DNA of 32,000 bases from Kaustia mangrovi. Lineage in GTDB: Bacteria > Pseudomonadota > Alphaproteobacteria > Rhizobiales > Im1. The notes under the pieces are model-generated. The model saw only the letters and a list, made by a program, of their open reading frames with translations, did not search any database and was not told the DNA's origin. The stretch lies in contig NZ_CP058214.1 of assembly GCF_015482775.1 (NCBI RefSeq), positions 1,846,272-1,878,271 of the forward strand. The letters are read 5' to 3'. Position 1 is the stretch's first letter, and each line of letters starts with the position of its first letter. Both the position numbers and the translations under genes were made by a program. This document shows, one piece after another, positions 25,531 to 32,000 of the stretch.

Positions 25531-26190
25531 TTAGTGACGCGCTGCTCGGCGGCTAGCGCCGATCTGGGCAAAGGCCGCAATGTGAAAACAAATCCATAGC
25601 GGCACGGCGAAGCATGGAATCATGAGCAGCGGCAACTGCCCGAGCGCGGAGGTCGATTCCGACATACCGAGCAAGGGTATGGTGCCCCGCGCAACGAGGC
25701 CCGCTCCAACCGCCCCGACGAAGTCGAGCAGACCGAGCACATGGAAGCCGAAATACATGGGCGAGCGAAGAAATCCGCGGTCCGCGGCAAGCCGGGCCAC
25801 CACGACCGGCGCGAGCGCCGCCACCAGCAAATCACCCCAGCCCGCGATATGAGCGAAGAGTCCCGGCAGATGGCCGAACGCATAGACGAACAGAAACCCG
25901 ACGCCCAGAATCCGCAAGCCTTGCATCGCCGTCAGCCAAATCGGGTCCACTGCGAGAACGCTCGAAAGGATCCCTGGGACACGCAACAGAAGCAGAAACG
26001 CCAGTGGCGGCAAGACCAACGCCGTCAGCGTTGCCAAGGGCGGCTCTCCGGCCTCGGCCTGAAACGCCCCGGCGCCCCCCAACACCACGACAGCCCCCAA
26101 CCAGAGCAGAACGACCAGACCGGCCCCACCGATGAACCCTGCGCCCGGTCCCTCGAATCCGGCTGAAGAATGAGAGGTTGCATAGGTCAT
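25531..26190 (-). CDS. Hypothetical integral membrane protein (~6 TM)
   Basis: Starts MTYATSHSSAGFEG..., followed by repeated hydrophobic helices. ATG 26190 (RBS aaagga) forms an ATGA overlap with the marR stop. I recognise no family. Confidence 0.6.
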   Translation of the reverse strand: MTYATSHSSAGFEGPGAGFIGGAGLVVLLWLGAVVVLGGAGAFQAEAGEPPLATLTALVLPPLAFLLLLRVPGILSSVLAVDPIWLTAMQGLRILGVGFLFVYAFGHLPGLFAHIAGWGDLLVAALAPVVVARLAADRGFLRSPMYFGFHVLGLLDFVGAVGAGLVARGTIPLLGMSESTSALGQLPLLMIPCFAVPLWICFHIAAFAQIGASRRAARH

Positions 26191-26660
26191 TGGGCCGATC
26201 CTTTCGTCGTTTGCGTTGCTTCCGCTTCGAAGCTCTGCCGTGCTGCATTGAGGCCATCGATAAGTCTTCCGATCTCGCCAGGCCCGAGGCGCGACGCAGC
26301 CGCGTCCTGCGCCCGACGCCAGCACGATCGTGCCGCCTCCAGCCTAGTGAGACCGGCTTGCGTCAGCCGGCCCCATCGCTGCCGCCGGTCTTCGCCGTGG
26401 CTGAGCTCAACCAATCCATCCCGAACGAGCGGATTCAGAGCCCGCGTCAGAGATGACGGCTCCATGTCGAGGGCCTGTGCCACGGCTGCCAGCGGCACTG
26501 CCTTCCCACGCGTGTAATCGAGCGCACAGAGCACCGAGAACTGGGTGATCTTCAATCCGGTCTCGGCGAGCGCCTGGTCGTAGACCTGAGTCACGACACG
26601 GGCCAGACGGCGGCTCGCGAGGCACAGGCAGGCGGCATAGGGATGGCTTGCATCTGTCAT
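26187..26660 (-). CDS. MarR-family transcriptional regulator
   Basis: GLKITQFSVLCALDYTRGKAVPLAAVAQALDMEPSSLTRALNPLVRDGLVELSHGEDRRQRWGRLTQAG is a MarR winged helix. ATG 26660 is preferred over TTG 26681. Confidence 0.82.
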   Translation of the reverse strand: MTDASHPYAACLCLASRRLARVVTQVYDQALAETGLKITQFSVLCALDYTRGKAVPLAAVAQALDMEPSSLTRALNPLVRDGLVELSHGEDRRQRWGRLTQAGLTRLEAARSCWRRAQDAAASRLGPGEIGRLIDGLNAARQSFEAEATQTTKGSAQ

Positions 26661-26665
26661 ATTAC

Positions 26666-26677
26666 TTGTGTACACAA
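26666..26677. promoter_or_regulatory. Perfect 12-bp palindrome TTGTGTACACAA in the marR / oxidoreductase divergent region (candidate MarR operator)
   Basis: The sequence is self-complementary. It lies 5 nt upstream of the marR ATG (26660) and 36 nt upstream of the divergent ATG 26713. A TTGACG hexamer lies upstream of it on the marR strand. Confidence 0.5.
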
Positions 26678-26712
26678 TCAATTAAGTTCCGTCAATCCCA
26701 CGGAGGTTGCTC

Positions 26713-27696
26713 ATGAATGAAATGACGATGCGGGCCTTCGTCGTTCACGCCCCCGGTGGCCCTGAGGCCCTGCGCCTTGAGACGCGGCCTGTTCCTTCCG
26801 TCGGTCACGGACAGGTTCGCATCCGTGTTCGTGCCTTTGGCATCAATCGCGCCGAAATCATGACCCGAAAGGGTCTGTCGCCTGCGGTCGCCTTCCCCCG
26901 GATTCTTGGCATCGAGGCCGTCGGCACCGTCGACGCCTGTCCCTCCGGCCGACTGGACCGCGACGACATCGTTGCAACCGCCATGGGCGGCATGGGTCGC
27001 ACGTTCGACGGCAGCTACGCCGAATATTTGGTCGTCCCGGAAGAACAGGTGCAGACCGTGCACACCGCCCTCCCATGGAGCACGCTCGCGGCGCTGCCGG
27101 AAATGGTTCAGACCGCCTACGGAGCGCTGTTTCGCGGCCTCCGCATTTTACCTGGAGCCACGATCCTCATCAGGGGCGGGACGTCCTCGGTCGGGCTCAT
27201 GGCCGGCACCCTGGCTCGCCGCCATGGTTGCACGGTCATATCAACAACCCGCAACAAGACCCGGTCGGATTTTCTCAAGCAATATGGTGCACGCCATGTG
27301 GTGATCGATGAGGGCAACGTGGCCGACGACGTGCGGAGCCTCATACCGGATGGCGTCGACAATGTCCTGGATCTTGTCGGCACCCCCACGATGGCGGACA
27401 ACTTCGATGCTCTCAAGCCATCCGGCCTGCTTTGCCTCGCCGGGATTCTGAGTGGACAGTGGGCCCTGCGCGACTTCAGTCCAATGTTCGATATCCCCAC
27501 CGACAAGCGGCTGACCGCCTATGTCGGCGATGCGCAGGATTTCATGCGCACGCCCCTGCAAGAGATCGTCAACCTGATCGAACGGGGTCTTCTCGACATT
27601 CCGATCGGCGAAACCGTGCCCTTCGAAAACACTCCGGACGCGCACCGCGCAATTGAAGCCAATACGACCCCGGGAAAATGGGTCGTTTGGTTATAG
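26713..27696 (+). CDS. Medium-chain dehydrogenase/reductase, NADPH:quinone-oxidoreductase-like
   Basis: MRAFVVHAPGGPEALRLETRPVPSVGHGQVRIRVRAFGINRAE...GSYAEYLVVPEEQV...TILIRGGTSSVGLMAGTLARRHG matches the zeta-crystallin/QOR pattern. The RBS ggagg lies at 26702-26706, before ATG 26713. Confidence 0.82.
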   Translation: MNEMTMRAFVVHAPGGPEALRLETRPVPSVGHGQVRIRVRAFGINRAEIMTRKGLSPAVAFPRILGIEAVGTVDACPSGRLDRDDIVATAMGGMGRTFDGSYAEYLVVPEEQVQTVHTALPWSTLAALPEMVQTAYGALFRGLRILPGATILIRGGTSSVGLMAGTLARRHGCTVISTTRNKTRSDFLKQYGARHVVIDEGNVADDVRSLIPDGVDNVLDLVGTPTMADNFDALKPSGLLCLAGILSGQWALRDFSPMFDIPTDKRLTAYVGDAQDFMRTPLQEIVNLIERGLLDIPIGETVPFENTPDAHRAIEANTTPGKWVVWL

Positions 27697-27800
27697 ACGG
27701 CATGACGTTCGCCGCGATGCGCAGGCCCGATGACAGCCGCTCCCGCATCGTCGCGCTACCCATCCGGTCTTCAGCCCTCGACCCGACCGGATGCGCCAAC

Positions 27801-28658
27801 TCAGGAGTCCCGGCTTTCCACCGCGGCCGAGACGGCCTCTATCGTGGCGTCCGGGGTGCCCTGCCGCCAGCGCACCCCGATCTGTCGCGACAGGCCAAGA
27901 TCGGCGACCGGCAAGGCGACGACGCCCATCGTCGCGAGGCTGCGCGGCGCGACGGCAATGCCGATTCCTTTCGCCACGAGCTGCAGGGCAAGGTCGTCGC
28001 GCGCCGTGCGCGCCGCGATCTTCATGGAGAGTCCGGCCGCCTTCAGGGCACCGTGCTTCAACTCACAGGTCCCCCGCAGCACCAACGGCTCCTGGGCAAT
28101 GTCCGCCACCTGAACGCGTCCTCCCGAGGTCCCGGCAAGCCGATGCTGACGCGACACCATGACGACATAGGGCTCGCGCCAAAGCGGCGACATCGTCTCC
28201 GAGGTGTCCTCCACCAGCGTCCATGCAATGTCGATCCGACCTTGATTCATCCACCCCAGAATCTCGTGCTCCGAACCGTCGCGCAGCGACCACCGCATCT
28301 GCGGCAAGCGCCGCGTCAAGGACGCGTGAACGGCGGCGACGTCGGTTGCTGCCAGCGTCCGCAGCACGCCAACCCGCACCACGGGCAGCTTTTCATCGGG
28401 CGCCCGCAAACTCCGCTTGGCTTCCTCGTAGCGCCCGAGGATCTCGCTGGCGTGCTCGTAGAAACGCAGACCCCGGAATGTCGGAATCGTGCGCCGCGAG
28501 CCGCCCCTGCGCTCGAAGAGCTCCAGACCGAGATCGTCCTCCAACGACCTGAGCGCCGCCGACACCGCCGGTTGGGACACGCGCAGGCGTGTCGCCGCGC
28601 TGGAAACACCCCGGCATTCGACCACCGCGATGAAGAACCGAAGATGGCGCAGGTTCAT
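27801..28658 (-). CDS. LysR-family transcriptional regulator
   Basis: MNLRHLRFFIAVVECRGVSSAATRLRVSQPAVSAALRSLEDDLG is the HTH, followed by an effector domain. It is divergent from the eamA-led operon. Confidence 0.88.
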   Translation of the reverse strand: MNLRHLRFFIAVVECRGVSSAATRLRVSQPAVSAALRSLEDDLGLELFERRGGSRRTIPTFRGLRFYEHASEILGRYEEAKRSLRAPDEKLPVVRVGVLRTLAATDVAAVHASLTRRLPQMRWSLRDGSEHEILGWMNQGRIDIAWTLVEDTSETMSPLWREPYVVMVSRQHRLAGTSGGRVQVADIAQEPLVLRGTCELKHGALKAAGLSMKIAARTARDDLALQLVAKGIGIAVAPRSLATMGVVALPVADLGLSRQIGVRWRQGTPDATIEAVSAAVESRDS

Positions 28659-28730
28659 CGCTTTTCCTTATGTGATATCATATTTATTATCTATTTTAAT
28701 TATATTATCCGGCTCGCTAAATGTCCATTC
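28659..28730. promoter_or_regulatory. AT-rich divergent promoter region with palindrome TGATATCA (28673-28680; extended ATGTGATATCATAT)
   Basis: This 72-bp intergenic stretch is sharply AT-rich in a GC-rich context. It lies between the divergent LysR gene and the EamA operon. The dyad lies 15 nt from the LysR start codon. Confidence 0.5.
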
Positions 28731-29696
28731 ATGCGATGGACTCCGGCAAAGCGACATCAGAACGACGCGGACAACCGTCCAAGGCCCCTCCCGCCGCGGG
28801 CGGCGGTCCGGCGGAGACCCATTATCGGCTTGGCCTGCGCGCTTGCCGTCGTCGCCCTTTTTTCCGGCTTCACGATCGTCTCGCGGCTGGGCCTGACATC
28901 CGCCATGCCGGTTCCTGACCTCGGCGTCCTGCGCTTCGGCATCGGCGGCCTGATACTGACCCCTGTCCTTCTCCACCATGGCTTGGGCGGCGTCCCCTTG
29001 CCGAAAGCCCTCCTCCTGGCATTGCTCGGCGGGCTCGGCTTCGCCCTGCTCGCCTATTCCGGCTTCGCCCTAGCGCCCGCCGCTCATGGCGCGGTGCTGC
29101 TGCACGGAACGTTGCCGCTATCCACCTTTGTACTGGTCATGCTCCTCGACCCGGCGCAGAGCCGGCGGGCGACGACGTCGGGCCTCGCTTTGATCGCGGT
29201 CGGTGTCGCCCTCATGGCCTGGGACAGTCTGCGCACCGCGAGCGCCCAACAGTTGCTCGGCGACGCATTTTTGCTGCTCGCTTCCTTCTGCTGGTCGGCC
29301 TATGGCGTCATGGCGCGCCGGCTCGGTCTGCCGCCGCTCCAGGCCGCGTCGATCGTTGCCGTGTTGTCGATGCTCTGCTTCCTGCCGCCCTACATCGCCT
29401 TTCACGGCGCAACACTCGTGGACCATGACTGGCAGGCGCTGCTGGTGCAGGGGGTGTACCAGGGCATCCTGATCGGCGTCGGGTCGATCTTCGTCTACAC
29501 GCTTGCCGTCAACAATCTTGGCGCCAGCGAAACCGCCCTCTTCACGGCGGCCGTGCCCGGCGTGACGACGCTCGGCGCCATCGCTCTTCTCGCGGAATGG
29601 CCCTCTCCCGCCGAGTGGGCCGGCGTCGCGCTCGCCACCATCGGAATGCTGTTCGCGATTCGCACCCTCTACACCAAACAGGAGACCAAACCATGA
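28731..29696 (+). CDS. EamA/DMT-superfamily transporter
   Basis: It forms the C-terminal 321 codons of the 672-codon ORF 27678-29696. It has a basic N-terminus followed by ~10 TM helices with an EamA-like repeat architecture. ATG 28731 is the first start after the AT-rich promoter. Confidence 0.75.
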   Translation: MRWTPAKRHQNDADNRPRPLPPRAAVRRRPIIGLACALAVVALFSGFTIVSRLGLTSAMPVPDLGVLRFGIGGLILTPVLLHHGLGGVPLPKALLLALLGGLGFALLAYSGFALAPAAHGAVLLHGTLPLSTFVLVMLLDPAQSRRATTSGLALIAVGVALMAWDSLRTASAQQLLGDAFLLLASFCWSAYGVMARRLGLPPLQAASIVAVLSMLCFLPPYIAFHGATLVDHDWQALLVQGVYQGILIGVGSIFVYTLAVNNLGASETALFTAAVPGVTTLGAIALLAEWPSPAEWAGVALATIGMLFAIRTLYTKQETKP

Positions 29697-30481
29697 GTGA
29701 CCCAGTCCTGTTCGCCGTCGAAGACCGCGTCGCGACCCTCACGCTCAACCGCCCCGAACACCTGAACGCGATCAACTACGCCCTCGCCGACCGTTTGATG
29801 GAACACCTCGATGCGATCGAGGCCGACGATTCCATCCGGGCCGTCATCCTCACGGGCGCCGGCGAACGTGCGTTCTCGGCCGGTGGCGACATCCACGAGT
29901 TCTCCGAATCCGTGAAACAGGGCGAAGCGATCACGGTGAATGCATTCGTCCGACGCGGTCAAACAATGACCGCCCGACTCGAAGCGTTCCCCAAGCCCGT
30001 CATTGCCGCCGTCAACGGCCTCGCCTACGGCGGTGGATGCGAAATCACCGAGGCCGTCCATCTGGCAATCGCAGCCGACAGTGCCGTCTTCGCAAAGCCC
30101 GAGATTCTGCTCGGCATGCCCCCGACCTTTGGCGGAACGCAGCGCTTGCCGCGCGTTGCCGGTCGCAAGCGCGCCCTGGAATTGCTGCTGACGGGGCAGA
30201 CGTTCAGCGCAGAACGGGCCGTCGACCTCGGGCTCGTGAACCACATCGTCCCGGACGAAAACCTCTCGGACGAGGCGCACGACCTGGCCGCGCGCATCAC
30301 CAACCAATCTCCACGTGCGGTGAAAAGTATCCTGACCGCGGTCGCGCGCGGCATCGATTTGCCGATCGGCGAGGGTCTGCTGGTCGAGCGCGAGCAATTC
30401 GCCCGCATGGTTGGCACCCAGGACCTCCACGACGGGCTGGAAGCCTGGCGGAGCCGCCGCAGCAGTAAAGCGGTTTCCTGA
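29693..30481 (+). CDS. Enoyl-CoA hydratase/isomerase (crotonase) family protein
   Basis: VATLTLNRPEHLNAIN, RAVILTGAGERAFSAGGDI, AAVNGLAYGGGCEI and FAKPEILLGMPPTFGGTQRLPR are present, and both catalytic Glu positions are retained. The RBS is ggaga. ATG 29693 forms an ATGA overlap with the eamA stop. Confidence 0.87.
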   Translation: MSDPVLFAVEDRVATLTLNRPEHLNAINYALADRLMEHLDAIEADDSIRAVILTGAGERAFSAGGDIHEFSESVKQGEAITVNAFVRRGQTMTARLEAFPKPVIAAVNGLAYGGGCEITEAVHLAIAADSAVFAKPEILLGMPPTFGGTQRLPRVAGRKRALELLLTGQTFSAERAVDLGLVNHIVPDENLSDEAHDLAARITNQSPRAVKSILTAVARGIDLPIGEGLLVEREQFARMVGTQDLHDGLEAWRSRRSSKAVS

Positions 30482-30514
30482 GGCGAACGAAGCCCCCGAG
30501 CGGAGGCAAGCGAT

Positions 30515-31048
30515 ATGGTCGAACGACAACATCACTATGCGGTCACCGTGGAATGGATCGGCAACACCGGACAGGGCACGGTGGACTACAAGTCCTATGA
30601 CCGAACGCACCGCATCACTGCTGAGGATAAACCGGATATCATCGGCTCGGCCGACCCCGCCTTTCGCGGCGATAGCGCGTATTGGAACCCGGAAGACCTC
30701 CTGGTCGCGGCGCTGTCGGCGTGTCACAAGCTCTGGTACCTGCATCTCTGCGCGGATGCGGGGATAACCGTCACCAGCTATCGCGACGAAGCCACGGGTC
30801 TCATGGAGGAAGATGGCGACGGGGGACAGTTCGTCCATGTCGTCCTTCGACCACAGGTCACCGTCAGCAGCGAGGCAGACCGGGACCGGGCAGAGGAGCT
30901 CCATGCCGCCGCCAGCCGCCGGTGCTTCATCCGCAACTCCGTAAGCTTTGCCGTCGAGCACGCCCCCAAGATAAGTGTCGAGCAAGCGCAGGCTCGCAGC
31001 ACCGCTCCGCCGGGCTCGTCCAAAGAACCAGAGCGGAATCGACGATGA
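30515..31048 (+). CDS. OsmC-family (organic hydroperoxide reductase-like) protein
   Basis: HHYAVTVEWIGNTGQGT...NPEDLLVAALSACHKLWYLHLCA...ASRRCFIRNSV contains both conserved Cys contexts. The RBS is cggagg. About 25 extra C-terminal residues run into the next gene. Confidence 0.8.
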   Translation: MVERQHHYAVTVEWIGNTGQGTVDYKSYDRTHRITAEDKPDIIGSADPAFRGDSAYWNPEDLLVAALSACHKLWYLHLCADAGITVTSYRDEATGLMEEDGDGGQFVHVVLRPQVTVSSEADRDRAEELHAAASRRCFIRNSVSFAVEHAPKISVEQAQARSTAPPGSSKEPERNRR

Positions 31049-31641
31049 CCCCTGCCACGCTTCTTCCACTGGCGCTGTTCGCCGTCGTCGCCACCATCAC
31101 CCCGGGCGGGGCGACCACGCTCGCCACGGCATCAGGCGCCCGCTTCGGATTCCGGCGCTCGGTCCCCCTGATCGCCGGCATCTCGGTGGGCTTGGGAGCG
31201 CTGGGCGCGGCGTCTGCCCTCGGCCTGGCCAGCCTCGTTCTCGCCGTCCCGACGCTCGCGCTGGCACTGAGGCTGGGAGGATCCGCATATCTTCTCTGGC
31301 TGTCGGTCAAGATTGCGACAAGCGGTCCGCCGGATACGGATACCCGGATGGCGGCACCGATCGGCGTCCTGGGCGGTGCCATGTTGCTTTGGCTCAATCC
31401 GAAGGCGTGGGCCACAGCGCTCGGCGCCGCTGCGACGTTCGGCGATGCGGCAAGCAGCCCGTCCGAGCTCGCTCTCCTGCTGGCGAGCGTCTTCGTTTGC
31501 GCTGCCGCAATCTCGCTCACCCTTTGGTCGACTGCGGGCTTCTTCCTCGCAAAGCTCCTGCACACCCGCCGAGAATGGACCATCGTCAATACGCTTCTGG
31601 GCATCCTGCTCGCCCTGTCGATTCTACAGATGTGGCTATGA
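31045..31641 (+). CDS. LysE/RhtB-family exporter
   Basis: MTPATLLPLALFAVVATITPGGATTLA, GGSAYLLWLSVKI and LWLNPKAWATAL are family motifs. ATG 31045 forms an ATGA overlap with the osmC stop. Confidence 0.78.
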   Translation: MTPATLLPLALFAVVATITPGGATTLATASGARFGFRRSVPLIAGISVGLGALGAASALGLASLVLAVPTLALALRLGGSAYLLWLSVKIATSGPPDTDTRMAAPIGVLGGAMLLWLNPKAWATALGAAATFGDAASSPSELALLLASVFVCAAAISLTLWSTAGFFLAKLLHTRREWTIVNTLLGILLALSILQMWL

Positions 31642-31717
31642 GGGAAATCCAACCCGCCGGAGCCGCAGACGCATGTCGCCGAATACGGGCTGTCCGCAAG
31701 GAAGGGAATCGCATCGC

Positions 31718-32000
31718 ATGACCCATATCGTCGTCGCTACGCTGGGCTACGCTCTCATGCTGATCGGGTTCAGCCGCGGTCCCCTCTACACGAACCCGCA
31801 CCTCGTTGGCGTCCTCATCAACCTGGTCGGCGCATTCGTACCGTTCGTCCTTTTCCTGGTGGCCGGCATGCGCCTCGACGGGATGGACGACCTCAAAGGC
31901 ATTGCGTGGTCATTGGCAGCAGGTGTTGGAATTGCCGCATTCACCCTGGCGATGGCCCGGATGTTCAGCCTTGGCGAGAACCTCGGCTTCGTCACGCCCC
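31718..32000 (+). CDS. Hypothetical membrane protein (possibly small DMT/EamA-like); 3' end outside the window
   Basis: This ORF is not in the ORF track because no stop is reached. ATG 31718 is preceded by ggaaggga. My translation is MTHIVVATLGYALMLIGFSRGPLYTNPHLVGVLINLVGAFVPFVLFLVAGMRLDGMDDLKGIAWSLAAGVGIAAFTLAMARMFSLGENLGFVTP. It has no stop through 32000 and contains three hydrophobic helices. Confidence 0.5.
   Translation, partial: MTHIVVATLGYALMLIGFSRGPLYTNPHLVGVLINLVGAFVPFVLFLVAGMRLDGMDDLKGIAWSLAAGVGIAAFTLAMARMFSLGENLGFVTP

Noticed and set aside
27678-28730. The N-terminal ~350 codons of the 672-codon plus-strand ORF 27678-29696
   Set aside because: This part is antisense to a clear LysR gene and crosses the AT-rich promoter. 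Only the portion from ATG 28731 looks like a real (EamA) protein.
29669-31069. 466-aa ORF antisense to the crotonase, osmC and lysE genes
   Set aside because: It spans three well-supported plus-strand genes and their junctions. It has no motif and a low-complexity composition, so it is a GC-driven artefact.

Overview
High-GC accessory DNA that looks alphaproteobacterial (Rhizobiales-like); this is a guess from gene content and cannot be verified here.

**Left ~13.5 kb: conjugative-transfer backbone of an ICE or plasmid.**
- 3' end of a DUF3363-type relaxase.
- traG (type IV coupling protein), split by what looks like a single missing base.
- A CopG/ribbon-helix-helix gene.
- A complete, tightly overlapping P-type Trb operon: trbB-C-D-E-J-K(alt)-L-F-G-I plus DUF2274.
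- One LysE-family exporter gene sits antisense between the RHH gene and trbB.

**Right ~18.5 kb: mosaic cargo with visibly lower and patchier GC, made of small regulator-linked modules.**
- LysR, then a second LysR followed by SDR, SMP-30/gluconolactonase and a secreted DUF642-like protein. The last three are coupled by ATGA overlaps.
- A 1258-bp IS3-family element with long imperfect inverted repeats, orfA/orfB and a T TTT TTG -1 frameshift site. It has no target-site duplication and cuts off an SDR gene after 36 codons.
- A MarR-GNAT fusion.
- About 650 bp of lower-GC sequence with no convincing gene.
- PadR, a two-dinucleotide-fold flavoprotein and an MFS transporter, with a duplicated operator-like box.
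- MarR, a membrane protein, an extended RidA and LysE, divergent from a quinone-oxidoreductase-like MDR gene.
- LysR divergent from EamA, a crotonase, OsmC and LysE.
- A truncated membrane-protein gene at the right edge.

No rRNA, tRNA or CRISPR array was recognised. No textbook-novel system is provable from sequence alone. The best candidates for uncharacterised biology are the PadR/flavoprotein/MFS module, where both soluble proteins carry vicinal Cys-Cys, and the two exporter-flanked operons. All product calls rest on motif recognition from memory, not on database searches.
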